Shown piece by piece: positions 36,092-64,000 of a stretch of DNA of 64,000 bases. The translations under genes were made by a program, and so were the position numbers. The notes below the pieces were generated by a model, which saw only the letters and a program-made list of their open reading frames with translations, was not told the origin of the DNA and ran no database searches. The stretch lies in the NCBI GenBank assembly GCA_950097015.1, contig CATNEN010000038.1, forward strand, positions 1-64,000. Reading direction: 5' to 3'. The stretch is from Macrostomum hystrix (Eukaryota > Animalia > Platyhelminthes). How positions within the stretch are numbered: the first letter of the stretch is position 1; every line of letters starts with the position of its first letter.

Positions 36092-38267
36092 CGGAAAATC
36101 CTTTAACAAATTCCAGGCCTCAGAGTTTGTAAATAGTGCGTATAAAATTGATAACCAACGTTTTGCTTACAAGAAAAAGAATTATTATTTCAACAAGTTT
36201 AATCAGCCGCGAGAAATGAGACGGCACCATGCGTATGCACCCAGCACTGCAAAAATGCAAGCACATGCGAAAGCACCAGTTACACCATGTGAAACAAGTC
36301 AGAAAGCCGCTAGCAAAGAAATTAAAAGTGAGTCACCCATTGAGACGATCAGAATCCCAGAGCCGGTCAAGAAAGGTCAGGAAGCAATTGTGAATGGAAA
36401 GATACGAAAGCGAGATATTATGTTTTTGATAGACACAGGAGCCGGAAACAACTTCTTAAGTAGGAGTTCATGGAAGAGAGTGGTTTGTGACGACGAGATA
36501 GAACCATGCAATTGGAGAGTCACCACGTTTGACGGATCAGTTGTGTCACTTAGAGGTGAAGCAATGCTTAAAGTGAAGTTCGGAGAAATTGAGATTGAGA
36601 CAAGATTTCTTCTGTGTGACCACGACTGTGACGACATCCTTGGAATGGACTTTCTCACAGACTACTGTGATGGTATCAATTTCAGTAAAGGAGTCTTGGT
36701 ACTGAAAGATGGGATCTGCATTCCAATTCAGTTCACAAGACTACCTGTTCGAATTCGACGAGTCTATTGCCAGAATCAGATCACGATACCAGCGAATAGT
36801 GCTTTGAAAGTGCCAATCCGATTGGGAGAAAATGCTGAAGCTAATTACGGTACTCCCATGGTGATTGAGACTAATGACGGCTATATTGCAGCCAAAGGTT
36901 ATGATCTGGAGCTAGTACCAGCATTAGTAACCTTGAACGAAGGAGTTGGAGTCATAGAACTAGTCAATAAACAGAACAGAGAAGTCAAAGTGAAAGGAGC
37001 AGCTCTTATTGGCTATGCCAAGCCATTAACAGCGAAGAACTTGAATTATTTTGTTAATTCAATCAATTCGAGTCAAAATACCGGACAAGTCAATGCTGTA
37101 AAGAGAGAGGAAGCCTCAAAGGACATTGATGAATGGATCAAGGAGGTTAACATCGGAGAGATGAATTCGGAACAAAAGGAACAAGTTATACAATTGCTGA
37201 AAGAGAACAGAGCAGCGTTCTCTCAGACCGAGCAAGATATGGGTCTGACACATTTGGTGACGCATGAAATTGCTCTTAAAGATACTACGCCAGTCAGAAT
37301 ACCGACTCGCAGAATTCCGCCTCATTTGCAAAAACAGGTGGATGATTTGCTTGATGACATGCTGGCCAAAAACCTGATTAGGCCATGTTATAGCACCTAT
37401 TCGACACCCTTGGTCATAGTACCAAAGAAGGATGGTACAATAAGGATCGTGAGTGACTTTCGAGTACTGAATTCTCGTGTGGAGTACTATCCGTATCCGT
37501 TACCTAATATTCAGGAGACATTCTCTCACCTTACTGGAAGTCAGTATTTCAGCAGTTTAGACCTTAACTCTGGATACTGGCAAGTCCCAATTAAAGAAGA
37601 ACACAAACATATGACGGCATTCTCGACATTAACTAGGGGCCAGTTTGAGTACCAAGTAATGGCTCAAGGCTTGTCAAATGCACCTGGAACCTTCCAGAGG
37701 TTGATGAACCTTGTGTTGATCGGCATTCAACACAAGTTCGCGATGTCGTACATCGACGATATCGTTACTTACTCGAAGGAATTCGATGAACATCTGTGTC
37801 ACCTACGAGAAGTGTTCCGGAGATTATCCGAAGCTGGACTGAAATTGAGACCAAGAAAATGTAATCTGTTTCAAGAAGAACTGAAATATCTAGGCCACAT
37901 AGTAGGCCGAAATGGAATTCGAACAGATCCGGCCAAAATCGAAGCCATCCGATCATGGCCTACTCCGCAAGACGTCAAGGAATTAAGAAGTTTCTTGGGC
38001 CTATGCAACTACTATTGTAGATTCGTTAAGGACTATGCCGAAGCAGCGCATCCGCTGTTTCAGTTAAACAAAAAGGGTATAACGAACTTTAAGGAGAAAT
38101 GGAACTCGAAACATGACGAGGCGTTTGCACTTCTAAAACAGAAAATGATGTCCACCGATGTGTTGGCTTATCCCGAATTCTCAGAATATGAAAATGTCAA
38201 AATGGTGTTAGACACTGATTTAAATCACTTTCTAAAGAAAGCCGACGAGGACACAAGTACGTGCTAA
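36048..38267 (+). CDS. pol: Gypsy Pol: aspartic protease, reverse transcriptase, RNase H truncated at LDTD
   Basis: FLIDTGA protease site; RT motifs KKDG..R.V.DFR.LN, LDLNSGYWQV, GLSNAPGTFQR, YIDD; frame is lost after KMVLDTD. Confidence 0.9.
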   Translation, partial: GKLKYEGRKSRPRSSGKSFNKFQASEFVNSAYKIDNQRFAYKKKNYYFNKFNQPREMRRHHAYAPSTAKMQAHAKAPVTPCETSQKAASKEIKSESPIETIRIPEPVKKGQEAIVNGKIRKRDIMFLIDTGAGNNFLSRSSWKRVVCDDEIEPCNWRVTTFDGSVVSLRGEAMLKVKFGEIEIETRFLLCDHDCDDILGMDFLTDYCDGINFSKGVLVLKDGICIPIQFTRLPVRIRRVYCQNQITIPANSALKVPIRLGENAEANYGTPMVIETNDGYIAAKGYDLELVPALVTLNEGVGVIELVNKQNREVKVKGAALIGYAKPLTAKNLNYFVNSINSSQNTGQVNAVKREEASKDIDEWIKEVNIGEMNSEQKEQVIQLLKENRAAFSQTEQDMGLTHLVTHEIALKDTTPVRIPTRRIPPHLQKQVDDLLDDMLAKNLIRPCYSTYSTPLVIVPKKDGTIRIVSDFRVLNSRVEYYPYPLPNIQETFSHLTGSQYFSSLDLNSGYWQVPIKEEHKHMTAFSTLTRGQFEYQVMAQGLSNAPGTFQRLMNLVLIGIQHKFAMSYIDDIVTYSKEFDEHLCHLREVFRRLSEAGLKLRPRKCNLFQEELKYLGHIVGRNGIRTDPAKIEAIRSWPTPQDVKELRSFLGLCNYYCRFVKDYAEAAHPLFQLNKKGITNFKEKWNSKHDEAFALLKQKMMSTDVLAYPEFSEYENVKMVLDTDLNHFLKKADEDTSTC

Positions 38268-39646
38268 CAGTCATCGACAGCACTACTAAGTTCCCGTTTG
38301 CATTTCCAATCAGAAATCAAAAGTCGGACACAGTCATAAAACTCCTACAAGAAAGAATTTTTAGCGAGTATGGTCAGTGCCATTGGATCCACACTGACAA
38401 CGGGAAATCTTTTGTGAGCCGTCAGTTCCAGGCGTTTTGTACATTGTATGGTATCAAGCATACCTGCACGACGCCATATCATGCGCAAAGCAACGGCCTT
38501 GTAGAAAGATTTAACCGTCAGATAAAGTCCATCATCACCTGTCTAGTTGAGAAAGACCACTCCGACTGGGACCTGTTGATCCCAGCAGCTTTAGTGGCTG
38601 TTCGAACGAGTGTAAATCAGACAACAGGATTCACTCCACATTATCTATTGTTCGGACGTGAGGCGGAGTTGCCAATAGACAGTGTTGTCAAAAGGCCCAG
38701 ATTGTACTACGACTATCCTAGCTATGTAGCTGATCATGCTAAAAGAATTGAGGAGATGCAGAAGGTGGTTCAGAAGAAATTAGAAAAGGTGCGAGACCAT
38801 CGGGAGCAGGCTGCTGAGACAGTGATCACCAAGGCCGTGCCAATCGGCGGTCTCGTATTGATAAACAATCCACAGTTGCATGGTGACGAGAGTCATAAAT
38901 TTCACTGAAAGAAGAGAGCCTCTTACAGAGTGTTAGCTAAGCTTTCGGATACAGTTTTCCGAGTTCAAAAAGAGGAGGATGGAAAACTAATCGGTGCCAT
39001 GATGCTGGTACACCGGAATAATCTGACTCCTGTACCGAACTCGGTCAAAGCCACGGATATGACCATAAGTTCTGACGTAGAGAAGAGAGAACAAACAGAT
39101 AAGGGAAGGCAGGAGACTGCTCAGAAGACCAAAAAGAGAAGGGAAGCGCAACCTAGGATGGTGAAAAGGCCAATCCAGGAAATCGAGCAAGAAGAAAGCT
39201 CTGACTCAGAGGAGGAAAGAATCCAATGGAGAGCCCGCAAAGGGACAGACATAAGTGGAAGTGAGGTTGAGGAAACTGATGGAGGCCCAGACACGGAATC
39301 TGGAAGTTCGGCAGAAGAACTTATCGAAGATTCTGAAACGGAAACGGAGGAAGAGTTAGAAGAGTTGGAAGAAGATAACAAAGAAGAACCTGAAGCTGAA
39401 CCACCAGACCATGATGTTGTGGAGGAACCAGCCTGTGAGGAGGAGGCTGAGGACCGAGCGGATGCAGCCAGTGGAATGGCAGCACCACTTCAGTGGCGAG
39501 AGGTGCGGTACAACCTGCGGCCAAGAAAGCCTACAGTCATCAATGAGCCAGCAGGTCCGACACCTGTCGCGAATCGCAGGGAGGCACCGCGTAAGCCTAA
39601 CAAGTATGGCTTTGTGCCAAGGAAGCGGTACTCCCACTACCAATGA
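38222..39646 (+). pseudogene. Gypsy integrase core, GPY/F-like module and acidic tail; out of frame with pol and with an in-frame TGA at 38906
   Basis: RGHKYVLTVIDSTTKF...HTDNGKSF...TPYHAQSNGLVERFN; KFH*KKRASYRVLAKLSDTVFRV continues in the same frame; RYNLRPRKP near the end. Confidence 0.85.
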
Positions 39647-39832
39647 CGGCAGCAGCAGCAGCGGCGGCAGTGACAGCGGCGGCAGCAGCATCGGCGAAGA
39701 AGCAGAGGCGACGGGACTGAGGACGGTGACCTGATGCTACATAAAGTAAAATTGACTCATGCGGCTTAAATAACATTATTACTAAAAATATCACTCATGC
39801 TTTATTCAATTTTTATTTTAGGGAAGGCAAGT

Positions 39833-40216
39833 TGTAGTAGGGATGCTTTTATTATTTCTTTAAAGTCAAATTCGTGCCTATGCTTTTTGTTTGAATGCGC
39901 TAAATATTTTTTATATGTAAAATATTTTAAATATTTTGTCAAATTCGTTTACTTTAACAAACATTTTCTTTTGTGTATATAAACGAGTGTAATTCAGTTG
40001 AGACGAATCAACGTGCCAGTGTGGCGAAAAGCAAATAAGCTATTACTGAAGAAGAAAAGTGTTGAGTTGGTTATTTGAGGCTGTGACCCTCTGATCCACA
40101 GAAAACGCCCAGCAAAGACTGGAGAATAGTAAGCCAGTGCCTTAAAAGGTTAAACCACTCGTGCCGAGTGATACGCTACCATTAGAGAGAAAAGTGGAGA
40201 GACAAGCCCTGTTACA
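39833..40216 (+). repeat. 3' LTR
   Basis: Direct repeat of 34705-35088, preceded by the PPT and followed by TSD CAAG. Confidence 0.95.
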
Positions 40217-41745
40217 CAAGTGTGGTAGCCCATCTTAGTAATTGAACATGTATGGTAGCCTGTCTTGATAATTAAACATTTATTGCTAAGCGCAAATCTG
40301 TCTCAGTTTTTAAACACATGGGTTAGCCCATTTAAGTGTTTAAATATAAGAGGAGTCTATCTTGGTCCTTCTTGGTAATTAAACAGTCTGATTTTTCAAT
40401 GTTGAAACTCTTAATATTATTTAATAATAAACTTATGATATTATATTTCTTAGTATTTCTTTAGAATTTCACTTAGTTAAACATATTTTTAGTATTTTCT
40501 ATCTCTGTATATTTAACCTCACTTTGCATAGAAAAAATTGCAACACTTTAACAAAAACATTTATCTTCTAGGCCCTATTTGAAAACTTGCTTTTATTCTC
40601 ACTTTGAACTTCTTTCTTGTTATTGAATTTGCCATACTTGTATATGAATGAAACAAAATTATTTTGGCATCAGGCAATAAAAAGCAATGGCAAAAAGCAA
40701 ATACCATTGGCCATCGTAGAAAACCTTATTCTTAAGCTATAATTATTATTAATAAACATGCCTTCTATGCTTAACTAACATAGCTTACTTAACACACAAC
40801 ATATATTTCCTATTAAAAAGAATTCCATTTACCTATATAGGCCTACATACATATCAGTTCAGACTTTATTTAAATAGACTGGGCATAGGCATAGGCCTAG
40901 CTATTCAGATTGTATGGTAGCTAGCTATAGAGTATAAAAAATTCATCATTATTTTGAATTATGAATAATTAATGATTAATCATAAAGCAAAACTTTAATT
41001 TCAATTTTTCTTTTCGTATTAAATAGACTTATTAGACTTATTATAGAAATTCCAAAAATCAGAACCATAGAAGAATTCCCAATGCACATTCTTCGTTCGA
41101 TTAAAGCTATCTGTATGGCAGTACTTGATTGGAATCTGGTCGTGAAATGAGTTAGGCGTAGTTACTGTTTTGTTTCGTTGTTTCGTCGACGGACATTTTG
41201 CTTGCTTTACTTCGTGTTGATTTCTTTGAAAATCTGCCATTAAACAAATAACAAATTGCTGCAATAACATCAAGAGTCAAATTTTTCTGCTTTACAAATT
41301 TTGTTTTCTTGATATTTCTCTTGATATTATTTTTAATTCCAACATTAGAATTTGCTTTTTCTTTTAAGTCATCGAACCACTGCCCTAGTTGACGTTTGGG
41401 ACTAGTTGCTTAGTTGACATTGACAATTGAACTGAATTTATGTCAAGGTGGCATGCAGCTTCTAATTGGGCGCAGCTGCCTACAAAAATCTGTACTTCTC
41501 TAGCCCTTCATGATTATGATATTGAGGTATGAACATAAAGTTAATCTCAACTCAACTCTAAGAAGTTGCAACTTGCAACTTTTGCAAGATTAGCTAACAG
41601 CTGAGCTGAGGTAGCTACTGGCTACTGGCACTGCCAACTTAGCCTTATGGGCTTAGTGGCCTCTTTTGGAACTTAACTTTTTCCCTTACCATTTGCTGGT
41701 AATTTGAGGACTATGCTTTATTACCAATTACCATCAATTGAGTAT

Positions 41746-42550
41746 GGCAGAGCTTATTCCCACAGTCCCGTGCCAATAATTTCAATTTTATCCACTCGGA
41801 TCCGTGCCGATAATTTTCTGCTTATCCACATGGCAGCTCAGCTTGTATGAATAGGTCTACAACTCTTTATATATGCCGTGCCGTTAATTTCACTTTTATC
41901 CACACAGAGCCGTGCCAATAATTTTCTGCTTATCCACATGGCAGCTTGTATGAAGACCACATGGCAGGTCTAAAACTCTTTATATAAATATGCTGTGTCA
42001 TTAATTTCAATTTTATCCATACAGTTCTGTTCTTTGAAATGAGGCCCTTTCAGGTTTGAACGTTTTGTTGAACACTGAAGCCAATAGATTGACAAAGTTG
42101 CCAGTGTGTTACAACAGTGTTCTACATTTTGACCTACACATTCTTTAACAGACATTAATGCCATCCTTTTTAATTACTTAAAAAAAACTTACTAAATCTT
42201 TTGTCATTGTTACGTGTTTTCATTTGAATTGTATTGACTTGAAAAGTAAAGTCTATCAAAGAAAATCATACAAGTCAACCAGCAGAATACTAGGCCTAGT
42301 CAGCACCAAACTTGTCACACATATTATACATCATTGTTATTCTTTTACACTATGCATTGATAGTGTACAATATACACTATACTCTGAAGCAAAAGCCTTA
42401 TGCTCAGAGAAGAATAGGTAGGGACTTGAAAGTAGACCTAGGGGGCCTATTCATACAAGCTGCCATGTGGATAAGCAGAAAATTATCGGCACGGATCCGA
42501 GTGGATAAAATTGAAATTATTGGCATGGGACTGTGGGAATAAGCACTTCC
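41746..42550. mobile_element. Non-autonomous Mutator-like (MULE) element
   Basis: About 105-bp TIRs (GGCAGAGCTTATTCCCACAGTCCC...TATGAATAGG / CCTATTCATA...GGGACTGTGGGAATAAGCACTTCC); exact 9-bp TSD ATTGAGTAT at 41737-41745 and 42551-42559. Confidence 0.85.
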
Positions 42551-43577
42551 ATTGAGTATATATATAATAATATAAAATATTCATGTGATCTCATGGTGAG
42601 GCCTACTAAACCCAAGCCCTTTGCAAGTCAAGATCAGTAGGCCCTAAAAGTGATAATAATAACAGTCTGAAAAAGTGGATAATCTTGGAAATTACAGAAA
42701 GCTACATGCATTTCTAGCATGCTCATATAGTGGGCCTGAAATAGCAGATTAAAAAAAGTGAAGAAACAGAAAGTGATGCCCTTTAAATTGTTTTTTACTA
42801 AATCAAATCAAAAACAATTTGTTACCAATGACAATACCAACACCAGCATTTTTGGTAAGACACCCAACACTGCCACTGCAACATATATTCTAGCAAGTAT
42901 TTTAGTAGCTTAAGACAAATGCAAGTAAATTTAAGTCTGTAATAAGTCAGCAGAGTAGCAAAACATGTACATGTATTTTCCAGATGATGAGATATTACAT
43001 ATTTATCATTGCATATTTAGCATGCATAGGGAGATTGCATAGTGCAGCAGAGTAAAAAAATCAAACCAACATACCTAATAAGCTGACAAAGTGACATTGT
43101 GACAGGGGTGCACCAACCCACCAACTAGACAAGCCTAGCCTTGAATTCATAAACTGCATACTAATCTGGTTACCACAGTATGCTAAAAGCCTTTTTAATG
43201 AGACTAACATAATAAAGTATGATTTGTATAATAGTAGAATAGTATTTTTTATTGCTTATTAATAATGTCAATTTAGTAAGTAAAAGTAAAAAAATGTAAT
43301 TTGTCAGTAAACAAAGTCTACTTCTTAATTATAAAATCAACTAGCTTTTTTTGCCCGTTGTTTTTGGGGCAGAAATTTAAAGCAAAGCAGTAAGCAATTC
43401 ACGTCTCTGTATTAACTTTATAGTGAAGGTCACCATTTATTTATTTACTGCATTAATGAAAAGTGAAGAGTTTGTTTAAGGGCGTTTTAAGTAAAAAATA
43501 AGTGAAAAGTTTGTCCAAACAGCCCCCTCTTGATTACTTCTTTAGAAACATGTCTCTTAGCCACTCCTCTATACAGT

Positions 43578-43832
43578 CAGTGGCAGATCCAGGAATTTTG
43601 TTTTGGGGCGGTCTGTCAGGGGAGCGCCATGAGAATCACAGAGGGGGTGCCAGCAGCCGAAAAAGGGCGCCAGGAGCCAAGAAAGGGCGCCAGCGGCTGA
43701 AAAAGGGGCGCCAGCGGCCGAAAAGGGGCGCCAGTGCTGCGACTGGCGCCCCTGGTGGGGGCATCTTATTCCCATGATTAAAATTTTGGGGGGGGCGACT
43801 GCCCCCCGCCCCCCCCCCTAAATCTGCCTCTG
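43578..43832. mobile_element. hAT-type MITE nested in the Helitron
   Basis: TIRs CAGTGGCAGATCCAGG / CCTAAATCTGCCTCTG; exact 8-bp TSD TATACAGT (43570-43577 and 43833-43840); internal GGGCGCCAG subrepeats. Confidence 0.88.
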
Positions 43833-43984
43833 TATACAGTATGCATGTACACGCGTATACATAAGGAAAATAGCCATGGCATAACAATAACAATGTCAAA
43901 GAAACAAAATTAAACTGTTTCAGAGTTCAGAGTTAGACAGGTCAAGGTCAATTCGTGACTACTTTTCTATTAATTGCTTGCTAG

Positions 43985-44610
43985 TCACCTCAAGGCCTGG
44001 GGATACACCACATTCTTCGTTCTTCCCCTTGGTGCGAAAATGAATAGGCCAGCTGGAGTTCCAACACGGGAGCAGGCGACATAAAGCTGCCCATGCGAGA
44101 AGCAAGGAGTCTCCAGGTTGATGCCAGCCACCTTCAGCGACTGTCCCTGAGCCTTGTTAATAGTCATCGCAAAGCACACTCTCACAGGGAACTGCAGTCG
44201 CTTGAACTGAAATGGCAGGTCCGTGGGGATAATTGGAATCCGGGGAACGAACACAGACTCTCCTCTGCCAGATCCAGTCATTATCGTGGCCTCAATCACG
44301 TGTGGGAAGAGCCGCCTGACTATCAGTCTGGTGCCGTTACACAGCCTTGGCGCATTCAGGTTGCGGAGGAGCATAATTGGTGCCCCAACTTTCAGCTGCA
44401 AGTTGTGCGATGGAGTTCCAGGAGGATCTAGAGAGTTCAGAAACTCAACAGGATACTCCACAGCGGTGTCATCATTCAACGTTGTATCAATTGACTTGTA
44501 GGTGAAAACTGCACCTGGCAACTCCTGAAGTAGTTGTTGGTAGTTAATTTCGTTGGCGGCATCATTTCTAGGACACAGAATTGCCCTCTCTGACAGCCAG
44601 TCAACGCCAG
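43985..44610 (-). pseudogene. Helitron RepHel C-terminal PIF1-like helicase fragment
   Basis: WLSERAILCPRND, YPVEFLNSL, LKVGAPIMLLRNL..LCNGTRL, RLQFPVRVCFAMTINKAQGQSL, FSHGQLYVACSRV, TKNVVY; Rep domain and helicase N-terminal half absent. Confidence 0.92.
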
Positions 44611-45382
44611 CCTTTCTCTTTCTTCTATCCCAGGCTGGCTGGAGAGAAATATCGACCGGAGAGCCCTGCGCACTGGGACGCCACCGCACTCACCGCACTC
44701 AGTCTCAGTGCTGCTTGGGTTGGGGGCCAGTAGACAGTCTAGGGGTTTGGGCTGTGTACATTCACGGCTTGAAATACAATGTACAGTCTGGGGCTTCGGC
44801 GCCCGGGGAAGGGAGGGGGTGGCTGTAATAAAATTTGGCCCGCAGAGTGGCGGAGGGGAGTTGGGGTGGCTGTCCTCGGAAAACAAAAAGTGACTCACTT
44901 TGAGATGATGCAGCTTTGCTCTGGATTGAGTAGAGATGTTCAAAATTGACAGCATTGTTGGAAAACATGTAAAGTGTAAGTGGATCAAATTTGGAGAAAA
45001 TCTGACAAAGTGGGGCGACGATATGTCGAATTGAGTGATTTTTTGACGATTTTTGAGCAGTTTTTTGCACTTTTGAGCAGGAAGGAAATGATTTTTCGGG
45101 AATTTGAGTAGCCTATTGCACTCAGCGTAGGTGGTTTTAGGTATGTGCAAAGTTTGGTGCGATTTGGTTGAGCGGTTTCGGCGTCTATAAAGACAAAAGG
45201 TTGCACACAGACAGACAGACAGACAGACAGAGTTTTCACTTTTATATATATAGATTTTTTGTTTTAATAATTTTCAGTTGAATCAGTACTACAGGCCAAG
45301 ATTAAGTTAAAAGCTGCTCCATGCATAAAAGCTCATTTAATGCCATATTGCTGCTTGAATAACAGATAAGCACTTAAACAAA

Positions 45383-62068
<16,686 letters not shown>

Positions 62069-62864
62069 CGCTGAGGATTGCTGCTACTGTGCTCACTGCT
62101 CAAATAAGTAGCCAGCTGGTTGTTTCCTTGCAGTTTTTCTGTTGTTTGGATACTATTGATAATTTCCAGAACCAGATTTATATTCTGCAATCGAAATCCG
62201 TAAGTTCAATCAGTTGAATGTGTCTGATTTCCCTGGATTGTATGCCTACCGATTTTTCTTCAGATTTCCTAAAAATTCAAACCATTTTTTCAAATATGTA
62301 ACTTTCACCTGTATTTATAATTAACCAGGTTCTTTGCCCTGCTGGAAGTCAGTTGTTATTTAACCAGTGTCAAATCAGTTTTGTTTAAATTAGTCCTGTT
62401 AATTTGCTGTACAGTATAGTGCTGGATTCAGTGTAGTCGATCAAATTCAAAAAATATTTTTTTATTAGTTGAATAACTAAATAAATTTTTGTCTTTTGAT
62501 GTTTTTGCAATATATTATTTTACCCTTATTAGACTACTGACATTTTTAATCAGTAGTATTGTCTGCGAATGTTTATTTTGGAGATTTTTTATCTGAATCG
62601 CGGCAATATTTATATTTTCTCTCGCTTCTCACTCTACCTTTGAGTTTGTTCATCACTTCAATTATTTTGTTCATTTGGCTGTTGATCAAAAAATGTTTAA
62701 AGTTTTGCTTTATTCATTTTTCTTGATTATTTTTTGCGACAGAATTCTGTCAAAAATTAAGTAGCTACAGTGCGCGTTGTGCTATTTTTGCAACGCTGGT
62801 TTAAAGAGGATAACCGATATCTCTTTCATTATATTCTTACTACTTCTGACTCAACCCCATTACA

Positions 62865-63298
62865 AGCCAATCAGATGCGCTTCGCCCTCTCACCGACCCA
62901 CCCCCATAACCAGCCAATCAGATGCGCTGCGCCCTCTCACTGACCCACCCCTCATAACCAGCCAATCAGATGCGCTGCGCCCTCTCACCGACCCACCCCT
63001 ATAACCAGCCAATCAGATGCGCTGCGCCATCTCACCGACCCACCCCCATAACCAGCCAATCAGATGCGCTGCGCCATCTCACCGACCCACCCCCATAACC
63101 AGCCAATCAGATGCGCTGCGCCCTCTCACTGACCCACCCCCATAACCAGCCAATCAGATGCGCTGCGCCCTCTCACTGACCCACCCCCATAACCAGCCAA
63201 TCAGATGCGCTGCGCCCTCTCACTGACCCACCCCCATAACCAGCCAATCGGATGAACTGCGCCCTCTCACTGACCAACCCTCCTATCCAGCCAATCAG
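62865..63298. repeat. ~47-bp minisatellite (AGCCAATCAGATGCGCTGCGCCCTCTCACTGACCCACCCCCATAACC)n
   Basis: About 9 units downstream of the ORP gene. Confidence 0.95.
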
Positions 63299-64000
63299 GT
63301 AACACGGCGCCACTCCCTGTCGATCAACTGTTTCCACACAAAATAATGCACATCAAAACCACCTCAAGATTGTTACCATGACAACCTGTTTAAGATCCTA
63401 TGCTACGATTCAATGCTCTAAGAGTTGCAATAGCAATAGATCTAAAAGTGGCATTTTGTTAATTGGTTGCCCAGTCAATAAAACTGTTGATTGACATTTT
63501 TTATTTTAGTCTAACATCTCTGCTTGTGTTAGTAGATTATGCTACTTGTTTTTAGTAGTATAAGCTGTATTTTATTGCCGTATATCAAATTATATTATTT
63601 GTCACATTGACTTGTACTCGCATGACCAAGTAGTGTTGTGGAGTCTTGATTAACAGTACCCGCCTAATGCTACTGCGTCTGTGATTATTTATATTATTGA
63701 TATTATTATGATTGTTTGAGTTCAAATAAATAAACTGAATTATTTAATTATTGCATATTTTCGAGCTAAATATTCAGTTCTCTCTTTTATAATCATTTTT
63801 TGATGAAGCTTCAGCTGACCCATTCCTGAAGTTGAGTGCAGATTTACAACCAGTAGCCCAGTGGCTTTGTACAGCTGACGTCATGAGCAGAACTCAAAAT
63901 CTGATTTTTGCCGTAGATCTAAAGTAAAAACTTAACAATGCATTTTTTAAAATGGAACAAAAAACAACCGATTTCAGATCCCGCAGCTCAGCGCGTGAAT

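Larger units (their letters stand above)
34705..40216 (+). mobile_element. Ty3/Gypsy LTR retrotransposon, full-length ends, internally deleted
   Basis: LTRs 34705-35088 and 39833-40216 (384 bp each, TG...CA, identical by eye); 4-bp TSD CAAG; PBS TGGTGGCAGCGG; PPT AGGGAAGGCAAG; domain order gag-PR-RT-(RH)-INT. Confidence 0.97.
33188..40383. mobile_element. Long-TIR (foldback-like) non-autonomous element, right arm split by the Gypsy insertion
   Basis: 33188-33430 is an imperfect reverse complement of 34558-34704 plus 40217-40383 (ATGGGCTAACCCCTGTGTTTAAACACTGAGACAGAT vs ATCTGTCTCAGTTTTTAAACACATGGGTTAGCCCAT; TTCAATTACCAAGATAGGCTAC vs GTAGCCTATCTTGGTAATTGAA); no TSD resolved. Confidence 0.65.
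43341..45254 (-). mobile_element. Non-autonomous Helitron with intact termini and a retained helicase fragment
   Basis: Minus strand: A|TCTATATATATAAAAAGTG...(CTGT)n 5' end; 3' hairpin TGCCC-N10-GGGCA then CTAG|T; inserted between A and T without a TSD. Confidence 0.85.

Noticed and set aside
38906-38908. Programmed stop readthrough in the integrase
   Set aside because: Context TGA-AAG is not a known readthrough context and the element is otherwise defective; a point mutation is simpler.
41019-41273. 84-aa - strand ORF as a first coding exon of the ZMYM gene
   Set aside because: No recognisable motif, AT-rich, and no convincing donor; may be UTR or promoter sequence.

Overview
Eukaryotic (metazoan) genomic DNA: GC-rich exons with poly-Q/poly-A runs, short GT-AG introns, and long introns filled with unique 14-47 bp minisatellites. 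This style suggests a free-living flatworm such as Macrostomum (inference only). I reconstructed five spliced host genes by hand, with splice phases checked. On the - strand: an unorthodox aquaporin AQP11/12-like gene (runs off the left edge), a divergent beta-tubulin, a 7-repeat delta-type protocadherin ending in -SFV, and a ZMYM/woc-like DUF3504 gene with no visible MYM zinc fingers. On the + strand: an OSBP-related ORP9/10/11-like gene. Between the ZMYM and ORP genes is a transposon cluster. It holds a young Ty3/Gypsy element (apparently identical 384-bp LTRs, 4-bp TSD, tRNA-Leu PBS, -1 frameshift site, deleted RNase H) inserted in a long inverted-repeat element, a Mutator-like MITE with a 9-bp TSD, and a non-autonomous Helitron with both ends intact that carries a hAT MITE. 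Two tRNA-derived SINE families and about 25 tandem arrays make up most of the rest. The most interesting leads are a candidate 21-nt in-frame microexon and a Rab-effector-like N-terminal helix in the ORP gene, the finger-less ZMYM gene, and the pattern of private minisatellites running up to splice sites. I found no clearly new biological system; these are leads to test.
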